A stretch of 64,000 bases of DNA from Candidatus Hadarchaeota archaeon (GCA_964384105.1 CAYLJV010000004.1:64001-128000), one strand, 5' to 3'. Shown: positions 29,894-40,230, numbered from the stretch's first letter. Numbers and translations: made by a program. The notes: a model not told the origin generated them from the sequence alone.

Positions 29894-30745
29894 CTATTTA
29901 CTTAAAACTCCTAAAGAACAGTAGCCTACGACTTGCCCGGTTGGTCCGGCAGTGTCCCCACTGGTAGCGTATTTGAATAATTCTGCTTTGTTTGCCCCCA
30001 GCTCTTTAGAAGCAACGATCATGGCAGCCACGGGTCCATAACCACAGACGCTCATATTTTTCCTTGAAACCGTTTCGAGGAGCCCTTTCCAGTCGAGATT
30101 TTTTATTTTCTCTATAGCTTCCCGGTCCTTTGATTCGGCCATTCGTTGAGGTTCGTAGTGGGTGAGGTCGGTGGAGGCGATAATTAGAATTTCTTCTCCT
30201 TCGATAATTTCTCCGATTGCTTCCCCTAGGTCCCTGCTTGTTTCGGTGCTTTGCTTTTTCATACAGATTGGAACTATGGTGAAGTCTTCGTCGAATAAGT
30301 ATTGCAAAAATGGGAGTTGAACTTCCAGAGAGTGTTCGTTTAAGTGAGCGGAGGAATCAAGCTCTGCGGTCTCCGATTCTTCCAGAATTTTGTCCCTGAG
30401 ACTGTCGTCGATTTCGATTTGTCCTAAAGGCGTTTCCCACAGGTCCGAAGAATCGACTGAAACTTCAGGTCCCATTCCCGAGTGATTCGGTCCTATGATT
30501 ATAACTGAGTCTGGTTTTCCGTCTTCTGCCAGTTTCGAAAATCCGTGAGCGGCAACCGGCCCTGAATAGGGGTAGCCGGCGTGGGGTGATACCAGTCCTA
30601 TTATCTCTCTGGGACCCTTTTGGACCTCTGGAATGGGTCCCGGTCCATGTTCGTGTTTGAAACAGTCCTCTATCTGAGCGGTTAGATTAGACTTGGAACC
30701 ACCGTAAAAACGACCAGCGACAGCGGGATATCTTATATCTGGCAT
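29894..30745 (-). CDS. MEMO1 family protein (AmmeMemoRadiSam protein B)
   Basis: RYPAVAGRFY, PHAGYPYSG, EHSLEVQLPFLQ, STDLTHY, SVCG. Confidence 0.92.
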   Translation of the reverse strand: MPDIRYPAVAGRFYGGSKSNLTAQIEDCFKHEHGPGPIPEVQKGPREIIGLVSPHAGYPYSGPVAAHGFSKLAEDGKPDSVIIIGPNHSGMGPEVSVDSSDLWETPLGQIEIDDSLRDKILEESETAELDSSAHLNEHSLEVQLPFLQYLFDEDFTIVPICMKKQSTETSRDLGEAIGEIIEGEEILIIASTDLTHYEPQRMAESKDREAIEKIKNLDWKGLLETVSRKNMSVCGYGPVAAMIVASKELGANKAELFKYATSGDTAGPTGQVVGYCSLGVLSK

Positions 30746-30933
30746 GTGAATCCCCATCCTTTGCAAGCTTGGTAATCATTTATTACTATTTCCTATTCAA
30801 GTTTTCTCAGTATTTTTTAGCTATCTACGGCCAGTTGGTTGAGTGAAATAAGTTCGACGATTTGTTCTAAATATGAGTTATCTGTTAGACCTGAAATAAA
30901 AGAAAGTAAAAAGAAGAAGAGATAGGGGAATAT

Positions 30934-31701
30934 TTATTCTATCGCTGATTTTGTTTCTGGTAGTATCTGGCCGCCGTCTACGATGATGGTCTGGCCGGTA
31001 ATGTAGGATGCCTCGTCGGAGGCTAGGAATGCCATTGCGTGGCCGATATCTTCTGGTTCACCCATTCGTTTCATTGGTATTGACTCCGCCTGATCCTCGA
31101 TGTGGCCCTCTAACTGCTCCTTGTAACCTTCTGTGAGAATATTTCCTGGCTCGACGCCGTTCACGTTAATATTGTACTGGGCGAGTTCCAAGCCTGCAGC
31201 TTTTATGAAACCGTTTATTCCAGCCTTGCTCGCGGCGTAGTGGGCTAGTTTGGGGTAAGCGGTTCTGGGCCCGGTTATAGAGGAAGTTATGACAATTTTT
31301 CCATAATTCTGCTCGATCATGTAGGGGAGTACCGCTTTAACGCTCAGGAATGTTCCCTTCAAGTTAATATCGAGAACCTTATCCCAGTCCTCCTCCGTCA
31401 TCTCCTGGAGGCTGACCTCGGGGTAAATCCCAACATTATTACACAGAATATCCACACTACCGTACTCCTCGTTGCAAGTACTCGCCGCTTCTTCCATATC
31501 TTCCATTTTTGTGACATTCGCCTGAATGTAAGTTGCCTCGTATCCCTCATCTTCTATCTCTTCAGCCGTCTTCCTCGCCAACTCTTCTTCCAAATCTACC
31601 GCCAGAACTTTCGCTCCTTCCCTTGCAAAAACCTTAGCAATACCACGACCAATACCTCTACCAGCACCAGTCACGATAGCACTCTTGTCCTTGAGTCTAA
31701 T
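30934..31701 (-). CDS. SDR family oxidoreductase (FabG-like); probable ATT start at 31701
   Basis: TGAGRGIG, YAASK; upstream in-frame RLKDKSAIV after GAGGTGA SD. Confidence 0.9.
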   Translation of the reverse strand: MRLKDKSAIVTGAGRGIGRGIAKVFAREGAKVLAVDLEEELARKTAEEIEDEGYEATYIQANVTKMEDMEEAASTCNEEYGSVDILCNNVGIYPEVSLQEMTEEDWDKVLDINLKGTFLSVKAVLPYMIEQNYGKIVITSSITGPRTAYPKLAHYAASKAGINGFIKAAGLELAQYNINVNGVEPGNILTEGYKEQLEGHIEDQAESIPMKRMGEPEDIGHAMAFLASDEASYITGQTIIVDGGQILPETKSAIE

Positions 31702-31813
31702 CTAAATCACCTCTCGGTTATTAAAATCTCGAAATCTTATAAAAATTGTTTCAATACTTGCTTTTATTTAAGTAGAATAAACTAACTATTTGGAGCTGGA
31801 CCGATCATATATT

Positions 31814-31887
31814 GGGCCCGTGGTCTAGTTGGCTATGACGTCGCCTTTACGAGGCGAAAATCGAGGGTTCGAATCCCTCCGGGCCCA
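31814..31887 (+). tRNA. tRNA-Val(TAC)
   Basis: gggcccg/cgggccc acceptor, tcgcc-tt-TAC-ga-ggcga anticodon arm, GTTCGAATC; CCA not encoded. Confidence 0.96.
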
Positions 31888-32070
31888 CTCCAACCTTTTA
31901 CTTCCTCCGATCGCAAAACGTTGACGAAAATATTCATCTCTCTCTGGCGAAAGATCGATGTATTGGTTGGCTCAGTTGGCTTACCTTACTCGTGAAAAAA
32001 CCGAATCAATAAGGATAAAATCCTTATGTCTTAGACCATCTTTTCTACCATAGAAGGAAGAGGGGATATT

Positions 32071-33246
32071 ATGGCTAAAGTAGAATATTTCAAAGCTAAG
32101 GACATAATGGGTGAAAAATTACCCCACGCAGAACCCAACGATACCGTTTCTGACGTAATCGGGCTTATGATGAAGTATAATCTAGAAGAAGTTCCTGTAG
32201 TCCAAGATGGCCAAGTGGTCGGGGTGTTAAGCGACACTCTGTTCACAGAACGAAGAAATCTGTCGTTTTCTACAAAGCTCGAAAATGTCATTCACAGAGG
32301 ACCAAGCGTTGACGAAGATGACTCGATAGTTGATGTCAGTGAGTTGTTGCTTTCTTCCGACTATCGTGGCGTACCTGTGACTTCAAAATCAGGGGTCTAC
32401 ATAGGCTTTTTGACTAGAAAAAACCTAACAGAGGTCATACCCAAACTGGGTGAACTGAAAAAAACAATGGTAAAAGAATTTATGACCCCTTCACCCGCAA
32501 CTATCCAAAGTCATGAGGATATCACCAAGGCGAAGGCATTGATGGAAGAATACGATGTGAGAGTTCTACCGGTTGTAGACAAGCGCGGCAAGCTTCTTGG
32601 CATGGTTGGTATAAAGGACTTCATGGAAGAGGGATTCTGGCCGATGAAGTCGAGGATGAGTAGACAAGAAAAAGGAGATAGAACGGGTGAGAGAGAGTCA
32701 CAAGAGATAGAAGTCCAGAGCATAATGTCTGAACCGCCTATCACCACTGACCCCGATTCAACGATACACGATGCTGCGGAGAAAATGATCGAGCACGATA
32801 TATCCACTCTTGTCGTCACTAAAAATGATGAAATAATCGGAGTATTAACCCGATACGACTTGATAGAGATTCTCGCCAGTTTCAGAGAGAAAAAAGAGGT
32901 CTACGTACAGATAAATGGAGTGGAAGAAGGGGGGCCTGAGGTTTACGATCAGATGTATGATCTTATTCAAGGCTTTTTGGAAAAAATCAACAAAGTCCTC
33001 AAACCCTTAGTTTTGAACGTTCACGTCGTTTCTCATCGAAAAGAGGGTACCCAGAGAAAGTATAGTGTAAGATTGCGTCTATCCACAGACCACGGAATGC
33101 TTTACGCCAAAGAAATCGATTGGAACATGATGAAAGCTCTTGATGATGCTCTCGATAGTTTGAAAAAGAGGATCTTCCAAAAGAAGGAGAAAAGAATCGA
33201 TAGACGAATGCATCCAAAATATCAGAAGCACCAATCAGAAAATTAG
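32071..33246 (+). CDS. Four-CBS-domain protein with C-terminal HPF/RaiA-like domain (archaeal Hib-type ribosome hibernation factor)
   Basis: Two CBS pairs then YSVRLRLSTDHGMLYAKEIDWNMMKALDDALDSLKKRI HPF-like fold pattern. Confidence 0.75.
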   Translation: MAKVEYFKAKDIMGEKLPHAEPNDTVSDVIGLMMKYNLEEVPVVQDGQVVGVLSDTLFTERRNLSFSTKLENVIHRGPSVDEDDSIVDVSELLLSSDYRGVPVTSKSGVYIGFLTRKNLTEVIPKLGELKKTMVKEFMTPSPATIQSHEDITKAKALMEEYDVRVLPVVDKRGKLLGMVGIKDFMEEGFWPMKSRMSRQEKGDRTGERESQEIEVQSIMSEPPITTDPDSTIHDAAEKMIEHDISTLVVTKNDEIIGVLTRYDLIEILASFREKKEVYVQINGVEEGGPEVYDQMYDLIQGFLEKINKVLKPLVLNVHVVSHRKEGTQRKYSVRLRLSTDHGMLYAKEIDWNMMKALDDALDSLKKRIFQKKEKRIDRRMHPKYQKHQSEN

Positions 33247-33768
33247 CAAGAAATTTCATAAAAAGACTAAAATTTATCTTTTTTTATTTTGATCGTAATT
33301 TCAAAAAAAAATCACCAATTCTTTTAGTAGTGATTTCGAGCAATTTAGTAAATTGCTTCTTTACTCTTTACTTGTATTATTTGAAAAAAGAATACTATAT
33401 ATCTACCTAAAAACCTGGAGAACATAATTTTATGTTATTTTAGAATTCTAAGCAAGATATTGCTACAGAGAGAGTAAGATTTTTCAAGTTACTGAAATCC
33501 CCAATATAAATGATAGTAGCTATAACGATTGGAGCGATATTTGGATTTAATATCGGTCACCAATAATTTGAGAATGAATTCGAATTGACTGTAATCATTC
33601 TAAACAGTTTCGAATTAAAAAATTTCACCGACTATTGTTACGGGTTACAGGAGAAATAGGTAAACTATTGCCGTTTCTAACATAAGAAAAATGGACTTAC
33701 GATATTAGTAATTCAAAAATAAAAAAAGAAAGAGAAGTTAGTTTTCGATTTTATCTTGCTTTAGATTC

Positions 33769-34110
33769 CTAATCGGAGACATTCCATAAAGGTGAGTAGT
33801 TATCGTCTCCCGGGGCTGCATGCCACGCACCTGGGCTTCCTGCACCGTTTCCGTTAGTGGCATTAATGGGTACGGATATGAAGATGTCGCCTGGTCCATG
33901 TTGACCCGCTTTACCGGGTAGTATGGAGTAATCTCCACCATAAATCGGGAACGTATTAGGGTTGTGCATCCCCACCGTTTCGTTCAATACTGGGCAAACG
34001 AATACATCCACCTTCTCTGGTTGATCTGCCGCCGCTGTGGGAGCTGCTGCCGAAGCCATTAACAGGCCGAAAGCAAATACGGATAGCAAAGCTATTATTT
34101 TTCCTCTCAA
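33769..34110 (-). CDS. Small secreted hypothetical protein
   Basis: Signal peptide ending AAA, GGAGGTGA SD before TTG. Confidence 0.7.
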   Translation of the reverse strand: MRGKIIALLSVFAFGLLMASAAAPTAAADQPEKVDVFVCPVLNETVGMHNPNTFPIYGGDYSILPGKAGQHGPGDIFISVPINATNGNGAGSPGAWHAAPGDDNYSPLWNVSD

Positions 34111-34141
34111 TTTTTCACCTCCCCTCTCCAGATAGTTAATC

Positions 34142-34259
34142 GGGATATGAGGCGTTTTAGAGAAAGTACTAATAGAACTACACCTGTTCGGGACATAGTT
34201 TGTCTGATATTTTTAGTTTCAATCAGATAATGCCTATCAAAAGCGGTTCCTCATATCCC
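34142..34259. other. ~120-nt stem-loop element closed by an 11-bp perfect inverted repeat (structured leader or MITE-like)
   Basis: gggatatgagg (34142-34152) / cctcatatccc (34249-34259), inner tctgat/atcaga. Confidence 0.5.
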
Positions 34260-34471
34260 CTGGATTAGATGATATCAACCTAAGATAAAAAGAGATAAGA
34301 AGTGATACTAAGTAGCCAAGCTACATTTTCAAGTTCAAAAATAAAGTGTATGTAGTTCCTAAACTTAACCTACAAATTCATAGATACAAAATAAGGCTTA
34401 GATAACAATTACTAGAAAATTGATAAAATTTTTAGGACACTATTATCAATAGAGGTTTAGATTAAACATGG

Positions 34472-34756
34472 GTGCGGGGAGATGACTCTTTGGTTAGATG
34501 TAAGTGCCAAATAATTTCTGATATTTTGAAAACAATAAAAAGAGAAAAAAACTGCAAGAAAACCAGAGTTATCAGATTTGCTAACCTAGACTGGAATATG
34601 GCAGATAAATATCTTGGTTTTTTACTTGAGAATAATTATCTAGAAACCTACGAGGACGGAAGAAGAGGAAATGAAAGCTACGGAATTACCGAAGAGGGAA
34701 GAGAGTTGTTAAAAACAGTTAACAAAGTAAAAAATATGTGCGAAGACTTAGGATAG
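34472..34756 (+). CDS. Winged helix-turn-helix transcription regulator
   Basis: KTRVIRFANL..KYLGFL..YGITEEGRELL archaeal wHTH pattern. Confidence 0.8.
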   Translation: MRGDDSLVRCKCQIISDILKTIKREKNCKKTRVIRFANLDWNMADKYLGFLLENNYLETYEDGRRGNESYGITEEGRELLKTVNKVKNMCEDLG

Positions 34757-34865
34757 GCATTTTCTTTAACTCAATAAAAGAACCTCTAAAATCGATTAAA
34801 TCCTTAATCAAGGTTTATCGAAAAAGTAAAAAATTGTTTCTCGATTAATTAGATAGGGCGTATTT

Positions 34866-35198
34866 TTGGCTGAAAAGTTAGAGGGGAAAGTCAAATTCTT
34901 CAACCAAAAGAAGAATTATGGTTTTATTATCCCTGAAGATGGTGGGGATGATGTTTTCTTTAGAGGTAGAGACGTTAAAAGAGGATGGATTAAAGACGGA
35001 GATAATGTAGGATTTAGAAGAGAACAAGCAAAAAGAAATCCAAGAGGCCGAAATGTTATAAAAAAGAAAAGCTTCAGAGAGCGTCTATCTGAGGGAATAA
35101 GTATCCCGAGTGCAATTAAAACAAAATGGGCTATCCTACCCTTTGTGATCATAGTGATTGGATTTTTTATATGGCATTTTTCCCTATTTCATCAATAA
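34866..35198 (+). CDS. Cold-shock domain protein with C-terminal TM helix
   Basis: GKVKFFNQKKNYGFI (RNP1), DVFF (RNP2), C-terminal hydrophobic helix. Confidence 0.8.
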   Translation: MAEKLEGKVKFFNQKKNYGFIIPEDGGDDVFFRGRDVKRGWIKDGDNVGFRREQAKRNPRGRNVIKKKSFRERLSEGISIPSAIKTKWAILPFVIIVIGFFIWHFSLFHQ

Positions 35199-35244
35199 GG
35201 ATTCTTCCATACTAGTGATAAGTCTACAAATTCATGAACAAAAT

Positions 35245-35586
35245 TTGGAGTGGGAAGCTTTAGTTTTCACCATTGTATTTTTCATTGGTATTCTGATTAC
35301 CGTGCCACGAAAGAAGAAGAAAAAATCCAAGGTGAGAATTCGCGATATGGTGGTAGAGGAAGGGGCAGAAGTGAGAGTACGTACACCTCGAAAGAAGGAA
35401 CGTTATTTTAGATTATCCAGAAATATTTCAAAAGGGGTTACGATATCTGGTGGAGTAATCGCTTTAGTGGGTTTTATATTGGGATTAGCATTTTTGAAAT
35501 ATGGTCTCTTGGCCTTAGGTATTGGTTCCGCTTTGCTAGGTTCAGGATTAGGTCTTTATATTTTTAGACCTTTAAGGCATTCTTAA
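35245..35586 (+). CDS. Hypothetical small membrane protein (3 TM, basic loop)
   Basis: Likely TTG start at 35245 (MEWEALVF); track ORF 35158..35586. Confidence 0.55.
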   Translation: MEWEALVFTIVFFIGILITVPRKKKKKSKVRIRDMVVEEGAEVRVRTPRKKERYFRLSRNISKGVTISGGVIALVGFILGLAFLKYGLLALGIGSALLGSGLGLYIFRPLRHS

Positions 35587-35660
35587 ATTCAAAAATTTAA
35601 CCTATTTAATCTAAAGACGTATAATTTTGCATTATTAGACATAATTAAAATTTATAACTT

Positions 35661-35966
35661 TTAGATCAATTCCGTTATGTTGTAAAATAACTTGTCGATA
35701 AGAATTCCGTAGAAGAAAATATTAATTATAGTTATCAGTGCCATGACAATTTTAAATTTGAGCTTTGAAATTTTGTGCCTAAATATTTTCATACCTAGAA
35801 CAGAGCCAACGGCACCACCTATTAAAGAAACAAAGAAGAGTTTTTTCTGCGATATCCTCCACAAATTATGTCGGGACTTATACTTATCCACACCCATCAG
35901 TAAAAATGAGAGCAAGTTCATTGTGGAAAGATAAATTATGAAGATTTTCGCTATTATGTTCATCAA
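35661..35966 (-). CDS. DUF1294 (YsdA-like) membrane protein
   Basis: LMGVDKYKS..WRISQKKL..GG..G..GMKIFRHK. Confidence 0.88.
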   Translation of the reverse strand: MMNIIAKIFIIYLSTMNLLSFLLMGVDKYKSRHNLWRISQKKLFFVSLIGGAVGSVLGMKIFRHKISKLKFKIVMALITIINIFFYGILIDKLFYNITELI

Positions 35967-36035
35967 ACTACAACATGCATACTTTTACTAGAATTTTATT
36001 AATTCTTCTCGCAGAGATAAAAACCTAAGATCCCC

Positions 36036-36175
36036 CTAAAATCGCTTCAATTCTTGTTCCAAAGATAATTTACCCATTATATTTGCTCTTAGTGTCGTAA
36101 ATCTTCCTTCATAGGCTTTTTTCACGCACAAAATTAGTATCTCTATAAAAAAAGCTAAAATTCTAACTTTCTTAT
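36036..36175. repeat. Diverged ~140-bp intergenic repeat, copy 1
   Basis: ctaaaatcgcttca..ttgttcca..atttacccat..ctctataaaaaaagctaaaatt blocks shared with 37725-37863. Confidence 0.75.
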
Positions 36176-36442
36176 GAAATGGTTAATTGACTTGGACAAA
36201 ATAGTACTTTAGAGTATGATTCGATGGGTTTCCGGTTTAATGGATATCCTTAGCATCCTTGTAACATAAATCAAAGCAATTTGATAAGTTTTGATATTAG
36301 AAATAGATAAAAATAAAAAAGTCGGTGAGTTTATTGGAAGAAAAATTTAGAATTTTCAGAGTGGATTAAATCAAAGTTTTCAGGTTCACCTTCGGTTGTG
36401 GAACTTGAAGAAATCCTCCTGAAAATGTCTAAATCGAGGATT

Positions 36443-37393
36443 TTACATTTCTAAACGTTTTCGAACTTCGAACCATTCTGTATCTCCCTGGAAAAGCCCA
36501 GAGAACATGCCGGCAGTTTCGCACATCCCACATTTTTCGCATATTGGTTTTCTTCTGGAGTTGCTACTTCCAATAAAACATGGTGTTTTCCTTTCTCCTT
36601 TATGATCCAAGGATAGGAAGGCCCAACTTGGACAATTTTTTGTCCAATAATTTGTTCCAAGAAGATCCAATTGTTTATCCGTATTGTAAGATTTGTACGG
36701 GTATTTTCTTTTTAATTTTTTAATTTTCTTTATTATAGCATCTCTCTTTTTTCCATACGGAATCCATAGTTCGTCCTCATGGGAAAAGGGAGTATGAAAC
36801 TGGAAATTTATCATATCAACTATACATTCCCACTCTTCAAAAACTTCTTCAATGCATTGATAGTTCAACGAGTTTATCGTATAATTTATAATGAGATTTG
36901 AGTCACCACTGAAGTTTTCAACGTTTCTTTTTATTCTATTATAGATTTCTTGCCCTCGAATTTTATTATGTATTTCTTCATTTCCATCAATTGAGATATA
37001 ATACTCGGATTGTCCGAAATCCTTTAGCGGTAGAGTCCCATTAGTAACGATATCAAAACTTACCCCTTTCTCGTTGAAAAGTTCTATTATTTCCGGGCGT
37101 AGCAAAGGCTCGCCACCAGTTAAAGCGACCTGAATTATATTGTTTCCTATGAATTTCTCTTCGATAATATCTTCAAATTGCTTCTTAGAGAGTTCCTCCC
37201 CCTCAGCATAACTTTCTCGCCAATAACAGTGTTTACAATTAAGATTACACCTATTTGTAATGTCATAGACACCATAAAAGGGAACTTTTTGCCCGATTTT
37301 TGTTTGAAAATATTTTAGAAGAGTTAAAAAGTCCCTCTTGATTCCCTTCGGGCTAGACAAACTAGAAAATAATGCCCCTAATACTTCTTTCAT
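36443..37393 (-). CDS. Radical SAM protein
   Basis: CNLNCKHC, TGGEPLL, C-terminal Cys cluster. Confidence 0.9.
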   Translation of the reverse strand: MKEVLGALFSSLSSPKGIKRDFLTLLKYFQTKIGQKVPFYGVYDITNRCNLNCKHCYWRESYAEGEELSKKQFEDIIEEKFIGNNIIQVALTGGEPLLRPEIIELFNEKGVSFDIVTNGTLPLKDFGQSEYYISIDGNEEIHNKIRGQEIYNRIKRNVENFSGDSNLIINYTINSLNYQCIEEVFEEWECIVDMINFQFHTPFSHEDELWIPYGKKRDAIIKKIKKLKRKYPYKSYNTDKQLDLLGTNYWTKNCPSWAFLSLDHKGERKTPCFIGSSNSRRKPICEKCGMCETAGMFSGLFQGDTEWFEVRKRLEM

Positions 37394-37724
37394 TCAGTAT
37401 TTTCCTCCTGCTAAGATTACTATGAGTGTTTAATTTTTCCGTCTTTGGGTGGGGGCTTGTTAAAGTTATAGCTTGATTGGGGAGTATTAACCACAAAGTA
37501 ACTTGCGATCATTGATAAAGAGTTTATTCGGATTGAGATGGGAGTATAAGTTGTTTTGAGATGGAGTCTAAAAAAAGCACAGTGACAGTGGCGGGATTTC
37601 CATGACGACAGGGTTGGGAAAAAGTTAGGGTAAGACTTCAGAAACTGTTATTTTTTGTTACAGGTGCACACAAAACACATATCTGATGTATTTACTAAAA
37701 TCTTAAAACTAGACCAAAAAACTT

Positions 37725-37863
37725 CTAAAATCGCTTCATTTATTGTTCCATTCTCTATTTACCCATCAGAATAGTAATTGAATGGTCTTAGCATTCTTGG
37801 CTGGTGCTTTTTCTAACCCGAAATAGAGAACTCTATAAAAAAGCTAAAATTTAGCTTTTTTAT
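37725..37863. repeat. Diverged ~140-bp intergenic repeat, copy 2, ending in a perfect 14-bp palindrome
   Basis: Same blocks and spacing as copy 1; ataaaaaagctaaa-a-tttagcttttttat at 37835-37863. Confidence 0.75.
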
Positions 37864-37993
37864 CATTTTACGTTTTTTACCTTAGATTTTAGGGTATCGA
37901 AGGAAGTTGAGCGTACTCAATCGAGCATTTTGGGATTCTTGTTTGGAACAAATTTTATTTGGACAGGAACGATAAATGTAAAACTATATAGCG

Positions 37994-39247
37994 GTGTTAT
38001 ACTCTAAATTAGAAAGTGGAATGGAATTAATATATAAGATAGCTCTGACCGTGGTTGGTTTATTCATAGTTTTAATTTTTCTTGGATACTATGGGATTGG
38101 GGAAAATAATCAGATGAAAGAAGTTAAAATAGGTGAAATTCCCGAAATAGATAAGAACGTTCCAGAGGTTACCCAGACAGCAACTTTTGCTTTAGGTTGT
38201 TTTTGGGGCCCGGACGCAAAATTCGGGGCGCAAAGAGGAGTCATAACTACCGAAGTGGGCTATGCCGGAGGTTCAACCCAAAATCCTACATATCAAAATT
38301 TGGGAGACCATACGGAAACTATACAAATAGACTATAATCCAACTGAAATTAATTATCGAGAGTTAATCGATGTATTTTGGAACAGTCACGTTTCTACCTA
38401 CCCTCGAAAAAGACAGTATATGTCGATAATATTCTATCACGACGAAGAACAGAGAGGAATCGCCATAGAATCCAAATTAGAAATAGAAAAGGAATTAGAG
38501 GAAAATGTGATAACGGAAATCGTTCCTTATTCTCATTTCTATCCTGCAGAGGACTATCATCAAAAATACCATCTTCGGCGATATGAGGACTTTTTCGTTG
38601 CCTTTGAAAACATCTATCCAGAGTCCAAGAAACTAATAGAATCCACAGCTGTTGCACGCACTAACGGCTACTTGATGGGACACGGAAAAATAGAATCATT
38701 GAAGGATCTCGAAAAGTTGGGTTTGAATCCTGAGGGCCAGAAAAGGCTCTGTGAGATATGGAGTTCGGCTAGTAATGAAAAAACAACCGTTTGTAACGAG
38801 GTATCTAACCCCCAAGAGGAATCAAACGACGAAGAATTGAGAGAAAAACTGACTCCATTACAGTATGAGGTTACTCAAAACAATAGAACAGAACCAGCTT
38901 TCAATAATGAGTATTGGAACAATAAGGCGGAGGGGGTATATGTCGATATTGTTTCCGGAGAACCTCTGTTTAGTTCCAATGATAAATTTCAGTCGGGCAC
39001 GGGATGGCCTAGTTTCACTAAACCACTAGAACCAAAAAATATCATTGAGAAAAAAGATTCTAGCCACGGAATGACTAGGACAGAGGTCCGTAGCAAAAAT
39101 GCTGATTTTCACCTTGGTCATGTCTTTGAAGATGGCCCCCAACCTACGGGTAGGAGATATTGCATAAACTCGGCAGCCTTAAAATTCATTCCAAAAGAGG
39201 ACTTGGAAAAAGAAGGTTATGAAGAATATACAGAATTATTCGAGTAA
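37994..39247 (+). CDS. msrAB: Membrane-anchored MsrA-MsrB methionine sulfoxide reductase fusion
   Basis: [13 protein letters not shown] (MsrA); GTGWPSF, HLGHVF, RYCINS (MsrB); N-terminal TM; likely start ATG 38021. Confidence 0.93.
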   Translation: MLYSKLESGMELIYKIALTVVGLFIVLIFLGYYGIGENNQMKEVKIGEIPEIDKNVPEVTQTATFALGCFWGPDAKFGAQRGVITTEVGYAGGSTQNPTYQNLGDHTETIQIDYNPTEINYRELIDVFWNSHVSTYPRKRQYMSIIFYHDEEQRGIAIESKLEIEKELEENVITEIVPYSHFYPAEDYHQKYHLRRYEDFFVAFENIYPESKKLIESTAVARTNGYLMGHGKIESLKDLEKLGLNPEGQKRLCEIWSSASNEKTTVCNEVSNPQEESNDEELREKLTPLQYEVTQNNRTEPAFNNEYWNNKAEGVYVDIVSGEPLFSSNDKFQSGTGWPSFTKPLEPKNIIEKKDSSHGMTRTEVRSKNADFHLGHVFEDGPQPTGRRYCINSAALKFIPKEDLEKEGYEEYTELFE

Positions 39248-39478
39248 TCTTCCGATGAATCAAATTTTCTCTTTTTCAGAGTTATTACTTCGTCCATGGA
39301 AGTACGTATGTGGATCGAGGTTTAATCACTAAGGATAGATATATTCCTTTATTTTTCCTGTAATGTTAATTGAGAGATTTTAGAAGAATTATTTATTTTG
39401 TAAAATTTGAGATTCTAAATTTGACCGTCTGATTGGGTGAAAAAAATGATATAAATTAAAACAACGATATAAATTGAC

Positions 39479-39976
39479 TTGTGGGGAAATTTTTTGAATA
39501 TCAGTCTATCCAATAATCCTAAAAAAGCAACTGTGTTTATAGTTGTATTTGCTCTCTATATTTTTTTCAACACAAATGTAGTTTTTGGTCATTCTCCAAC
39601 TGGCATGGATCTTGAATACGACGAGATGAATGAAACACTAGAAGTCAATATTATACATACAGTAGAAGATCCCGAAGACCACTATATCGAAAGAGTAGAA
39701 ATAATGAAGAATGGAGAATTATTTGCCTCCGAGGATTATGCTAGTCAACCTTCGAATTCATCTTTTTCCTATAGCTACGAGATATCAGCAAGTACAAACG
39801 ATGTTATACAAGTAGATGCTATCTGTAACAGATTCGGTAGCATATCAAAATCTATAAGTCCTTCTGAGAACGGCCCTAACGAAACAGAAAACAATGGTAT
39901 TCCTTGGTTACCGGTAGGCGGGATAGTAATATTAGTAATTATCATAGTGGCTGTAGTTATTTACAAACGTAGCTAG
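39479..39976 (+). CDS. Secreted, C-terminally anchored superoxide-reductase-like (Ig-fold) protein
   Basis: HSP, H..EDHYI, CNRFG resemble SOR ligand motifs; signal peptide and C-terminal TM. Confidence 0.55.
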   Translation: MWGNFLNISLSNNPKKATVFIVVFALYIFFNTNVVFGHSPTGMDLEYDEMNETLEVNIIHTVEDPEDHYIERVEIMKNGELFASEDYASQPSNSSFSYSYEISASTNDVIQVDAICNRFGSISKSISPSENGPNETENNGIPWLPVGGIVILVIIIVAVVIYKRS

Positions 39977-39987
39977 ATGATGGAAAA

Positions 39988-40230
39988 TCAGAATGGATTA
40001 CCATAAGCAGTGATAGAGAATATAGCATGGAAGAATACCGAACCAAAGAAAATATACCAGTAATAACAATGCGCTTGGTAAAATTTCTGATAAATAGAGT
40101 ATTTCTGTAACTTTCTGAATCTTTCGGCTCCCATCAAACATCTGCAGGAGAGAACAACTAGTGCCATACTAACAAGATTTATTATCCCTAGGATATAGGA
40201 TAATTTCGCAGCTAAAAGTAAATCGACCAT
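39988..40230 (-). CDS. Small two-TM protein with CRC and two His (possible heme ligand)
   Basis: SCRC, FYQAHCYYW, SVFFHA. Confidence 0.6.
   Translation of the reverse strand: MVDLLLAAKLSYILGIINLVSMALVVLSCRCLMGAERFRKLQKYSIYQKFYQAHCYYWYIFFGSVFFHAIFSITAYGNPF

Noticed and set aside
31891-31930. Imperfect inverted repeat caacctttt/aaaacgttg after tRNA-Val, possible att site or dispersed repeat
   Set aside because: No second copy, no duplicated tRNA 3' end and no intact integrase in the window.
33510-33570. Fragment MIVAITIGAIFGFNIG resembling a PiT phosphate transporter start
   Set aside because: Under 20 codons; too short to support.
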